From contig OZ024740.1 of assembly GCA_964016885.1 (NCBI GenBank), forward strand, positions 132,370,001 through 132,434,000: a stretch of DNA of 64,000 nt, given 5' to 3'. Positions 1 through 11,598 of this stretch are shown here, in pieces; position 1 is the first letter of the stretch; each line of letters opens with the position of its first letter. This DNA comes from Eledone cirrhosa (Eukaryota). The notes under the pieces were generated by a model. It had not been told where the DNA came from and did not search any database. It was given only the letters and a program-made list of their open reading frames with translations. A program made the translations under genes and the position numbers.

Positions 1-1660
1 GGCTGCTTGTTCATCTGTGATGATGTTATTATTTTCACAGTGATCTTGGAGGAATAGGTTCAGGCAGGTTTTATACATCTTGTACATCAGGTTCTGGCAT
101 GCAATGGCTCGGTAGTTTTTTGCCAAGTTGGTGTCTTTGTTCTTGGGGACCAGTAATGTTTGTGCTAATGTCAACCATTCTGGTATAAGTGTATCTCGCT
201 TAAGAACTTGTTGGTAAAGGTCAGTAAGATACCTCCGATAGAATATCTGTTTTTTTGTACCAGTAACCGACAATCATGTCTCTTCCTGGTGTTTTCTTCT
301 CTTGGAGTTTTCCTATCACAGTCTCAAGCGTACCCTCACGTATTTCGTATGTTTTTGCTGTAGTGTAGGAGCAATAGTTATTTCGGATTTCTCTTAGCCA
401 CACTGCATCTTGGTTGAAATTCTTCTTTTCTCCCCATATTTTGCTCCAAAAGGAATCTACGTCTTTCTGTGATCGGGCCTCAGTGACACTTTGTTCTTCA
501 TATCCCTATAGACTGATGTTTGGTTTTTGTCTGAATCTTTTATTAAGCACTTTTCTCTCATCTGCTTTCTTCAAGTATCGGCGTTTTTCGCTAACAGCTC
601 TCAATTCTTGTTTGAGGGTGATCAGCTTAGATTGAAGAGTTCTGGTTCTACTGTTACCAAACATCATCTCTATTTTATTTTTCACTCTTTGTTGGTGAGG
701 AGTGAGGTTTTTTTGCATGTAAGGGGCATTGTCACATATCCTATGGTTTTTTGTATGTCAGCAATCTTTTTTCTATTTTAGTTATATATGATGGTATTTT
801 TGGTGGTGTTCTGTTCTTGTTAATATCTCTGCTATCACCAAGATAATGCTTCACTGTCGTTGCTAAGGCATATAAACAGGTGTTGATTTGCCAAAATGTT
901 GGGGGTTTTATCCGTCGTAAATATTCATCCCCTATTTCGTCAATGATACGTAATATTTCATTAGTTGTTTTTTTATTAAACATTGTCGTTTCAACACGTT
1001 CAGCAAGAGGCATATTTATACATGAATTAAATTCTCTCTGGAAGATTTCGTTGAGGGAAATTTTCAATTGTTTTTACTTTTGATTATTATCATTATCGAT
1101 AGTATTTTCCTCGACAGTCGAGGTAGACTCGGATGGTACACGTGGTGTCAAATTTCTTCGATTATTATTATTATCGGTAGTGTTTTCCTCAGCATTTGAG
1201 GCAGACTTAGATGGTACACGTAGTGTCAAGTTTCTTACAGGCATAGTTGTTTCAAAGCACTGTTCGACATGGCTGCTAGGAAGTCTCGTAACATGGCGAC
1301 CTGTAGCACGTGTTGTTGATCCCATGTTTGTTGTGGGGGACTTACAATTAATAATATTTATCTTATTTTTAAGTTCAACAAACGTCGCTTGTTGGCCTAA
1401 TTGTTTCGTTGTGAAATAATTTAGCTCTTGGTGTATTTCGTCCCAGTTTAGCTCCATTCTGTTCATATAGCCAATGGAGGGATTATTTTTTGCCATTTTA
1501 TAACAATTAATAAATCATTATTAAATTCGCAACTCCAAGAGAAATGCGATTTATAATTTCGGTTTCTTCTGTAGCTACAACTGAATAAAGTTTGTTTACC
1601 TTCCTTGTTATTGGTATTCGGTACTTCCTTAATGTTGTTGTTGATGTTGTGTCCAGCCAT
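1..1660 (-). mobile_element. Degraded R4/Dong-like (REL-type) non-LTR retrotransposon, N-terminal region and start of RT; runs off the window start
   Basis: Frameshifted minus-strand ORF chain (1074-1496, 741-1067, 506-718, 221-403 with KTPGRDMIVGYWYK). The minus strand around 65-190 reads IPEWLTLAQTLLVPKNKDTNLAKNYRAIACQNLMYK, typical of RT domains 1-2 in this clade. Confidence 0.75.
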
Positions 1661-2309
1661 GCTATTTGTAGCAAATCCTTGTAAAATGAATTATGTATTT
1701 AGTCGGATATCTCTACGAATTCGAATAAAAGGTGTCTTCAGAAGATATAGTTAGAAGAATAACCAGTTATTCCACATGACTGTAGTTGTGGCATTACTGT
1801 CGGAGATAGTATTCATCTTAAATTTAATAAATAGTCACCCACGCCAAAATATGCGACTGATCGTGTTGACTGTATAGTGTATGTATGTATATATCTATGG
1901 AGGTTCTCCTACATGGATATAAAGTAGTGGCCGTACTCGAAAACGAATTGGCAGCCACCATGTATGTATGTACCTTCCTATTTATGTTCTGGTTTTGCTA
2001 TTTAAAAATGTATACACAGAGAGAGAAACATGTAAAAGCAGATAGAATAGCCTTTCATTGGAATTCAGATATCAAATAGGTAAATGCTTTTGTATGTTTC
2101 TCTCTCTCCCTCCCACCACCTCTAACTCTCTCTCTCACACATACACACACACACTTTCTGTAATCGTGTGCATGTATGGATGCTATCGCATGTGTAGATA
2201 TGTATCTTTCGAATTATATCAGTACAGGTGCATATATGCTGAATTTCTGAATTTTAAATATTATTACAGTTCAATGAAAAGCTATTACTTGCAACTACCT
2301 AACTAACCA

Positions 2310-2635
2310 TGGCCTTTCCTGGGTCTGTGAGTCCTAGATTCTTAAGATTTGTGTTGAATCAGTTAGCAACGTATTCAAAAGCCTCAATGATCACTGGTAA
2401 AATCAAAACTATGGTTTCAGTATCTGCTTATTCCACATTTGAGTATCTGCTTATTCCTCACTAGTTCTGCATAAATTCGCCTTTTTGCTAATATTTAGGA
2501 ATATGTTGAGATCTGCTGGGCAGCTTATTTCCACTACTGTACATGCCTTTGTTCTGTCCCATATGTCTTGTCTGTTACATTTACATTTTATTATGGTTTT
2601 GACGGGAACATTCCACCAATACTGTCATATTATGT
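2310..2635 (-). pseudogene. Restriction-like endonuclease (REL) remnant of an R4/Dong-like element
   Basis: Manual minus-strand translation YWWNVPVKTIIKCKCNRQDIWDRTKACTVVEISCPADLNI ... LPVIIEAFEYV resembles the NRPD..D...VVEISCP...PVIIGALG REL signature. Confidence 0.65.
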
Positions 2636-3997
2636 ATGCATATGTCCTCCACATCACTGTAACACTTCGTATGTATGTATGTATGTATGCATGTATGTAT
2701 GTGTTTATGTATGGAGGATTATTCGTGTAGATATGAGCCAGTAATCAATACGTTAATATATATATATGTATACTTTGCCTAGAGTTAGTAAATTGTATTT
2801 AGCTTCTGCATGTTTACCCACTACTGCTATTGCATATGCATTAAGCAACATTATAGTAAAGTATCGTTACATATGTACCTGTTGACCATTCTAAGGTATT
2901 GTCTTAATGTCTACACATATATGGAATTACATTCAATTGCGGTAAAGGAGAATACACGAAATAATAGAGTAAATACGTTTTTCGTATCGATGACATAATG
3001 GAGTTGTAAAATGTAGATGCCCTTGTAAGCAACTATGTGAAATGCGCTTATTCTACCACTATGATTGAATATTGAGATACGATGTTTCCTGTAGATTTTC
3101 TTAAAATAATCAGGCCGTAACTACTCTTAAAAATAGATTAATCTATGTCATAAAACTGAATAGATATTCAGAGTAGATTTTTTTGTATGCTTTTTTATTT
3201 AAATCTATATATTTTGTTATCACATAGTGAAACATCTGCTGTTTATCCCTACCTTGCATGTTAATTACAGAAGCCAATCCTATTTTTTCAACCATACCTT
3301 GATTGAGCGCTGAATGGAATTCTTTACAAATACAACCGAGTGCTTTTGCCGTTTTTTATTTCTATTATTTCGAATGTCTTTTTTTTTAATAAACATCATT
3401 CTATTTATCATTTTGCACCCAATAGCTCGAAAATACATTCTCAGTTACGTTCTCAGAAACATTTTCTGGGATAAGTTTACACTTTTAAGCTCTCCTTAAT
3501 CGTTGCATTATTTTCATTAGTTGATTTTATGCGGTGGTTATAGAGTGCAAATCTGTGATTGAAGACAAAATACATTAAAATGTGTAAACTACTACTTGAC
3601 TTGCTTCTCTCTGTACTAAAATTGTTTCAAAAATATTATTGCGTGTAGAAACATGTTTGCTGAGTGATAACAGAACCACACTGCTGGAGTAAATATGATA
3701 CTATGGTTTCATCAGGTCACAATTTAAATTATACTACCTTCAATTTAAATATTTTACTTGAGTTCTTGCAATAAAACTGGAATTATAATTAGGAACGACA
3801 TCACAACATTTCTAGAATGCCACAAAGAATTTAATATTATTAATAAACAAACGAACTGCAAAAGAAATATTGCGTAAACATGTTAACCCTCCTTTATAGC
3901 GGAACAAGTTTCTTAAAACAGTAACGTGATGCTGATTTGTAGTAAGATATTTATCTCTTGAGTTTATATTCTCCTAATTTTGTAGAATTGGCACATA

Positions 3998-4157
<160 letters not shown>

Positions 4158-4324
4158 AAGAATTAATATATCTACCGACATATGTATACAGATGCATACC
4201 TACGCTAGCAAATATATATTTGTTGTCTTAGTAACGTTGTAGTTCTATGCAGGGGAATGCAGAACAATTATATGAAAGACGTAAATAAGAAAGTTATGAA
4301 AATTGACTTACTTACTAAAATTTC

Positions 4325-4403
4325 ACTCCAACTAATTAGTTTCTGTAAGGGGATAAATACAGTTATGTAATACCTGTAGAGAAGCCTTACGTCATCAGGG
4401 AGT
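4325..4403 (-). ncRNA. Type I hammerhead ribozyme with enlarged stem II
   Basis: Minus strand: ACTCC-CTGATGA-c-GTAAGG...CCTTAC-a-GAAA-CTAATTAG-TT-GGAGT (stem I ACTCC/GGAGT, stem II GTAAGG/CCTTAC, palindromic stem III, GUU site). Confidence 0.75.
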
Positions 4404-4974
4404 CTATTCTCAGCTAAGCCACCAGGCAATGCGGGGACACTGGAAGCTTATATAACAATAATTCAGTGGATGGAAAAAAGCGAAAAAATCGAGCGGGGCT
4501 AGATTCAAAGCCACTGAAAAATTCGCTGCCTTCTTGGTCAAGTGGCAAATAACTTTCTTGTTTACGTCTTTAATATAATTGTTCTGCATTCCCCTGCATA
4601 GAACTACAACGTTACTAAGACAAAACATATATATCTGCTCGCGTAGGTATGCATCTGTATACATATGTCGGTAGATATATTAAATCTTTATATTCCTCTC
4701 CAAATTATTTGTTGAGCAAAATTTGCCAAATTACTACTGTGACTGATAGTAGTGGCTAGGCTCTGTCTTAATAGCACCCCCACTCCAAGCTGGTTAACCT
4801 CAGTGTCACGTGATTAATTCTTTTGAATTTGCCACTTGACCAAGAAGGCAGCGAATTTTTCAGTGGCTTAGAATCTAGCCCCGCTCGATTTTTTTCGCTT
4901 TTTTCCATCCACTGAATTATTGTTATATAAGCTTCCAGTGTCCCCGCATTGCCTGGTGGCTTAGCTGAGAATAG

Positions 4975-5052
4975 ACTCCCGATGACGTAAGGCTTCTCTA
5001 CAGATATTACATAACTGTATTTATCCCCTTACAGAAACTAATTAGTTGGAGT
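4975..5052 (+). ncRNA. Inverted copy of the 4325-4403 hammerhead with a damaged core
   Basis: Same stems, but the core reads C-GATGA (one T missing). Confidence 0.55.
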
Positions 5053-5567
5053 GAAATTTTAGTAAGTAAGTCAATTTTCATAATTTTTTTATTTACTTCT
5101 TTCATATATATATATATATATAAATATATATATATATATTTTTAACTCTGATACTGGTTCAGTCTGGTTCAAACTGAATTGGTCTGTCCCAGTCATTCAT
5201 TGAGCAACATCGGTGAAGTTGGCACCCTTAACTCACAGTTGGGTGCGGATGCATTCATGTATATATGTGTGTGTCCGCATGTATCTGTGTGTTTCTAAAT
5301 ATATTAATAACTCCCTCTGGTCGAGCAATCTTTGAGGCGTGGGGACAACTGGAAAGCTTCCATTACTCATACTTCTCGCCTTCTTCACTACCTCTTCTAC
5401 GGCCTCGATATGAATACCCCCTCCGCCTCCGTGGTATTTTCTTCGTGGTTATAAGAGGCTTAGCTCTGTTTCTCGACCGTTATATCGCGTGACTATCTCC
5501 CCCTCCGCCTTTTGGGATTCTTTCTCACGTCGTGTAGACGCGTTCTTGGGACTAGTAAAATGAGGTA

Positions 5568-5655
5568 TCCTCTTGATAAGTCGGCAGACCTCGCAAGGAC
5601 TCTATATCTTTGATATATTGTTTTTGTTTATGCCACGAAACTACGTAGTCGAGGA
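5568..5655 (+). ncRNA. Type I hammerhead ribozyme, U3-A8 core variant, long loop II
   Basis: TCCTC-TTGATAA-GT(C)GGCA...TGCCAC-GAAA-CTACGTAG-TC-GAGGA: 5-bp stem I, palindromic stem III, GUC site. Confidence 0.7.
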
Positions 5656-5727
5656 ATTTAGGAACAGTTTAGGTATGATACATTTTATTACTAATTATAT
5701 CTAAATGTTTCTTCTCTCTTCATAATG

Positions 5728-5893
<166 letters not shown>

Positions 5894-5977
5894 TAAAAGG
5901 TAAACGAAAATAACAACACAATCGGTACCGTATATGGAATAAATATTATTAGGTTAACGCTTGAAATAGTAGGGAGA

Positions 5978-6017
5978 GGTTCTTAACGTTTCGGATGCTA
6001 GTCTTTCATCAGAAAAA
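5978..6017 (-). ncRNA. Possible degenerate minimal hammerhead
   Basis: Minus strand: TTTTT-CTGATGA-AAGACTAGCATCC-GAAA-CGTTA-AGAA. Cores are intact but stems II and III are imperfect. Confidence 0.4.
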
Positions 6018-6129
6018 AAGTATGAGAAATAAGATAGATTGAAGGGACGGGTGGGTTGAACCACACATACATACACCAGTAGATTTGTTGGTTACTGAGT
6101 AAGGTAACAATATTAGCGCCCGATGCTAT

Positions 6130-6500
6130 AGATGCTATATGGAGCGCTTACAATATGACGAACGCAACAAATAATACATATACTCACTTAAAAATAGACT
6201 CAAGCAAAAATCACCGAAAACAAACTTATCCAGCCGTTTCATAATATCCCAGGAAAAGATGCACACAATCGATTTTAATGTTCGCCACAAACAACTAATT
6301 ATCGACTTTGGGAAAAAACATCATCAACTGAACGGTATCTTCAGTAATTTCTTTCGGTATTTTTTTTCAACATATACCTGACCCTGCACAAAATTATTAG
6401 TTACCTGCCAAAGGAAGACGCATGAATTAATAGACAGGGTGACATATATTTGGAATAGACCAAAAACGTTACTAAAGATAAAAATTATGAGGTCTTAATT
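6130..6500 (+). pseudogene. Possible highly degraded PLE RT-endonuclease linker remnant
   Basis: Fragment IDFGKKHHQLNGIFSN resembles LDKHFPSGHRYHDLLNKN of the PLE at 37300-39204; weak. Confidence 0.3.
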
Positions 6501-7855
6501 ACGTTCCCGAAGACTATAATTGGTGATTGATATCGATCATTAAAATAGATTGTATGCATCTTTATATGGGATTACATGAAGCGGCCATTCAAGTTTGCGT
6601 TAGGCTATTTTGGCTAGATTCAATCTTTCAGAAAATATATGTATAATAGGTTTATATATATATATATATACTGAAGTAATCGTTTTATTTTAGTCCCCCT
6701 GGGGTATGTTGAATAGATTCAGATCATCTATCATCATTATCATTATAATATACTGCACACTATATCGACTATACTACATTACGTATCAGATAAAATGCAT
6801 TCTTTTTTTTACTTATCACTTAAACATAATTCCCCATGAATGCGTTCAGGTAATATGCATTTTATTGGCTAATAATCTCTAGGTTATCACCCTAACATCG
6901 AAGCTTCTTCCGCTATGATATTCATTAAGTTACTCAGATTCAACCTGGCCAATAAGAGTACGCAAAATTGTCTTCTCTATAAAAATATAAAACAAGGAAT
7001 GTATATATGACTTTTAACATTAGCCCCTATAGATACGTCTTTTAACATTATCGGAAAACATTATAAAGTACGCTCAGCTAACAATACGAGATCTTCAGCA
7101 GTCAACAATATTATTAGAAAACTCTCTCTGTGCTAGAAACCTAATATCGTAAAAAGCGGGATAATGGAAAATGTTATTCCTGTACTGCAATGATCTTGTG
7201 TGGAAATTATTTTTTTACTATATTTTAATTCGACCGGGTTACTACAAAATAAATTTTTAAAATAAAAGCAGTCTTTGTATATTTTGTGAACAATTTTGAA
7301 ATGTTGCAGTAATTTATATCTCTAAATTGTCATGTATACGGGATATGAATGAATTGGAATTGTTACTTAGGATTCGGTAGATGGCCGTAAATTTGGCTCA
7401 AGTGCTTTGCAATAAACTCCGATTATTTATTATACCTATTTGTGGTACATATTTCTATTTTTATGAAGAGGGCCGATATCTCAAGGCTTATTCTGTGTCC
7501 TGATAATATAATTCGCTTCTCATATTAGTGTATGTTAATTTATGTATTTGGCTCAATTTTTTAAAGAATATCAGCACAAAAAAGACTGCATATTCGAAGT
7601 TATGTGTAACAGATTTAAACAATAGAATAATGATAATTCGGTGAAGAATAGAAAAGTATAACGATGCAATACACGTAATAAATGAACGGTTTAATAGAAG
7701 AAACAAAATGTAATTTGAACGTGTTGTATTCACTAATATATAGCAAGCAAAATATTATCACCCTTACATGGTAAATGTGGAATTCAATTAAATCATGGAT
7801 ACAGTAAATCATTTAAGTTTATAAAATCCAATTGGACATTATTAATTAATAAACA

Positions 7856-8040
7856 GGGCGGTGGATTGGCAGTATCGGTAGAGGGTCGGACGCCATGCTT
7901 TCCAGCATAGTTACGTCACTTTACGAACTGAGTTCAAATCCCGCCGAGGTTGACTTTGCCTTTCATCATTACGGGGTCAATAAAATAAAGTACCAGTAAT
8001 GCACTGGGTAATTGTTGGCCTTGTGCCTAAAGTAGAAACC
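7856..8040 (+). mobile_element. tRNA-headed SINE (octopus-type family)
   Basis: GGATTGGCAGTATCGGTAG (A-box-like), GAGTTCAAATCCC (B box), conserved body GCCGAGGTTGACTTTGCCTTTCATC...AAGTACCAG...GGCCTTGTGCC; many copies in the window. Confidence 0.85.
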
Positions 8041-8056
8041 ATTAATTAATAAACAG

Positions 8057-8245
8057 GTCGGTGGATTGGCAGTATCGGTAGAAGGTCGGAAGCCATGCTT
8101 TGCAGCCAAGAATTACGGCCCTTTATAGTCTGAGTTCAAATCTCGCCGAGGTTAACTTTGCCTTTCATCCTTACGGTGTCGATAAAATAAAGTACCTGTA
8201 ATACACTGGGATAATTGCTGGCCTTGTGCCAAAAGTAGAAACAAT
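8057..8245 (+). mobile_element. tRNA-headed SINE, tandem second copy
   Basis: Same consensus, directly after the previous copy. Confidence 0.85.
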
Positions 8246-8523
8246 TAATTAATAAACAGGTAGCTGTGTGGGTGATTTTATGTAGTTCAAGGACGAAACC
8301 TTTGAAAGCAATAATTGTAGACATCAATTTGAATATTATGCGGTGACCTCATATATATATATATATATAAGAAAAGAGTCAGGACCCGGACGGATGAGCT
8401 CCAGCCGTTTCGACAGCTAGGTCTGACTATTTTCCTATTACCCACTCTACTATCCTAAGTATCGAGTACACTGGTGCATTATGTTCCACCTGGCTCCTTA
8501 CGACACTTCCTTCGTTATATATA

Positions 8524-8556
<33 letters not shown>

Positions 8557-8802
8557 ATATATAATCTTTGGAATACGTCCAGGCACATGAGTATATAATA
8601 AGACTGATACATATAATTGACCAAAGACAAGTCCAATTTCAATCGATGGCTTTATTTCCAAAGTAATAAAAGTAATCAGTGAGGAGCGAATGACACGCAT
8701 GTGCGTATCTCCTTCACTCTATGTACACAGAGTGAAACAAATGCGGACAAACATAAAAACATATTTCACACTCTTTCACTCTCTCACCCACACACATCTA
8801 TA

Positions 8803-8929
<127 letters not shown>

Positions 8930-9099
8930 ATGTATTTTAATTATGTTTCATATAAAATAATACAACTGGCTATCGGCAAAATACGTATAGCTAGCACCCC
9001 AAACGTATAATTGGGATTATAGTGAGGTATATCCTAATGTTTGTTGAGTGAGACGGAAGCCGGTCGGAATATTGATTAAAGCTTTCTCTGTTAATGTAT

Positions 9100-9224
<125 letters not shown>

Positions 9225-9437
9225 CGTTTCTGAATTTGTTTAGCAAGATTATTTATCTGAAATCGTGTGTTGAAACCGATATTGTTATACTTTGGGAGGG
9301 TCATGTTGCCAATAAGAAACACACGCACCGCATGCTTTCACTTCAATTTAATTTAATATATATTTATAAATTTACAAATTCATAAATTTCTGGTTGGTTG
9401 GTTGGTTCCACAACCAGATAGTTGTTTATATATATAT

Positions 9438-9482
9438 AGTCATAGTTCTTTCGTCACACACTCTGTGACCTCTTCAGTGACT
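9438..9482 (-). ncRNA. Minimal type I hammerhead in PLE 3' region
   Basis: AGTCA-CTGAAGA-G-GTCACA-GAGTG-TGTGAC-GAAA-GAAC-TA-TGACT. Confidence 0.8.
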
Positions 9483-9796
9483 GGGGATTTCTTTCTTCGT
9501 TTCTGTGCCTTTCCTTTCTTCTATCCTACGCCATTTTGTTTGTGTGTGGGTTGCGTGCTCAGTTTGCGCATGCGCCACATCCGGGTGTCTGTGTGTGTTT
9601 GTGTTCATTTTTCTATTTTTCTATTTATATTTGTTTGTTTATTTATTTATTTATTGTTGGTTGGTTGTTTGTTCTATGTGTGTGTGTGTTTTCATTTTGT
9701 CTTGTGTGTGTTTTCATTTTGTGTGTGTTTTCATTTTGTGTGTGTTTTCAATTGTAAGTTGTTTGTTCTATGTGTGTGTGTGTTTTCATTTTGTCC

Positions 9797-11548
9797 TTAA
9801 TTGTAAGTTGTGATGTTGCTGTTCCACTCATATTTTCTATTTAATTTTGGTTTTAATTCTTTTATGCTTACTGCCTCTGTAATTTGCCTAAACATTGCGT
9901 CTTTCTTGTGTGTGGATTCTATTTTTATTTCTATGCTCTCTAATTTACCCCTGTGTTCTATCTTAGCATGTTGATAGAGCACAGATGATTCTTTACTATC
10001 TTGGAGGTCTCGCCAGTGTTCATTTATTCGTTCCCCTATACTACGAGCTGTCTCACCTATGTACACTATATTTTTGTTTCTACATTGTCCTTCAGTACAT
10101 CTTATGCTATATACTACATTTCTAGTTTTACAGTTAATATGGGGGCTTATTTTACAGGTTATACATTTCTTATCTATACATGAGGGTCTTTGGAACGGGT
10201 ATGTCTTGCTAATAAGTGTTTTTACGGAGGTACCAGGTCTTTCTACTATCTTAATATTGAGATTATGTTTCTTTAGGGCCCTTCTAAATGTGTAGGCTAG
10301 TTCGCCTCTAGGGGTTGTATTGATGAACATTACACTCTGGTATTTATTGCTATCATACCATGAGTTTATTCTATTGGCCTTGTTCTTAGTTCTTTCTATT
10401 CTATTCCAAAATTTGCTCCTATACAAGGGGCAGGTCCCATTTATGTCATTATTTACCATTTTTTCCCATTTGGTTCTGGATCCTTTATACACTCTGATTC
10501 TATCTCTCTGATTGTAGCCAGAGAACTGCATACGGTGGATGAAGTGTTGTATGTGTCTCTCTAGTTCTTCGGGGTTGCACATGCGGGACACATTTCTCAT
10601 CACCCGTACCAAATCCGCAATCAGTATGTTGATTTTGGTATGGTCCGAAATGGCCGAGTTTCGGTGGATCAGATGTTTGGAAGTCATGGGTTTCACATAA
10701 TGGGAATGGAGGATTTGTTTTTGGTTGTTAATAGTATCTAACCAGAGCTCTGTGTCTAGTACAGGTAATCGATGGTTGGGGTGTCTACTTGGGTAGTCTA
10801 TAGTAACTCTAATGCTCTGGTGGATGGAGTTTGCTATTTGCTGGATGCTTTCCATTGTGTTTTTCTCTGGTTCCTGACTGTTCTTTAGTGGGGGTGTCTT
10901 AACTACGATATTTATATCATCTACGTAGCGGGAGTACATTATCAGGGTTAAGCTGTCTTCTAATTGTTCATTAAGTTTTTGTTTAAGTCTACTGTCCCAC
11001 CATACCATGAACAAGTTAGCTATGTCGCCTGCAATGCTAAAACCAATGGCTGCTCCTTCCTCTTGGGCATATGTTTTACCATTAAATTTGAACATATGTT
11101 CCTTAAGGGTTAATTTTATGCTGGCCCCTACCGCATGTGCAATCATTTTCTTCAGTTCATCGTGGTTTTCGGGTGTCCGTATGGCTCTGGTCCACCCGTT
11201 CCATCTATCTGTGTGGGTTTTCTTGGCCATTGAGGTAATGGTAGGTGGTCTGCCTCTTGCTGGTCTTGTAGGGCACAGGTTGCTAAGGTCATAAGTGTCT
11301 AGGTAACTATTACTATGGGTAAGCTTAAGTAGAAGTCCCAGCTCACTGGTATCAATCCCATGGAACTCAACCTTGCTCTCGCTGATCATTTCGACGCATT
11401 TTTCCACAGCAAAATCCACGTCAATAGATGGATACAGGGACACAACATCCATACTGCCTATTATGCAGTTTGTTAGGTCCCCAGATCGGTTACCCGCGCC
11501 GATTCTGCTGAGGAGGTCCTCCGTGCTGTCACACACATCTGGGGACAT
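9797..11548 (-). CDS. PLE reverse transcriptase plus GIY-YIG endonuclease (5'-truncated, open, 583 aa)
   Basis: GSMDVVSLYPSI, QEEGAAIG, RYVDD, LPVLDTEL; Cys-rich linker; NVVYSIRC...YIGETARSIGERINEH; terminal E...P.LN. Confidence 0.92.
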   Translation of the reverse strand: MSPDVCDSTEDLLSRIGAGNRSGDLTNCIIGSMDVVSLYPSIDVDFAVEKCVEMISESKVEFHGIDTSELGLLLKLTHSNSYLDTYDLSNLCPTRPARGRPPTITSMAKKTHTDRWNGWTRAIRTPENHDELKKMIAHAVGASIKLTLKEHMFKFNGKTYAQEEGAAIGFSIAGDIANLFMVWWDSRLKQKLNEQLEDSLTLIMYSRYVDDINIVVKTPPLKNSQEPEKNTMESIQQIANSIHQSIRVTIDYPSRHPNHRLPVLDTELWLDTINNQKQILHSHYVKPMTSKHLIHRNSAISDHTKINILIADLVRVMRNVSRMCNPEELERHIQHFIHRMQFSGYNQRDRIRVYKGSRTKWEKMVNNDINGTCPLYRSKFWNRIERTKNKANRINSWYDSNKYQSVMFINTTPRGELAYTFRRALKKHNLNIKIVERPGTSVKTLISKTYPFQRPSCIDKKCITCKISPHINCKTRNVVYSIRCTEGQCRNKNIVYIGETARSIGERINEHWRDLQDSKESSVLYQHAKIEHRGKLESIEIKIESTHKKDAMFRQITEAVSIKELKPKLNRKYEWNSNITTYN

Positions 11549-11598
11549 CTCAATGCCCTACAAGACCAGCAAGAGGCAGACCACCTACCATTACCTCA

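Larger units (their letters stand above)
4163..5105. repeat. Interleaved inverted-repeat unit (A B A' spacer B'), probable PLE pseudo-LTR remnant
   Basis: ~4163-4296 is the reverse complement of ~4552-4690; ~4268-4549 is the reverse complement of ~4828-5105; bounded by (TA)n; carries an HHR. Confidence 0.85.

Noticed and set aside
7856-8040. SINE heads as genuine tRNA genes
   Set aside because: No complete cloverleaf; always fused to the same SINE body.
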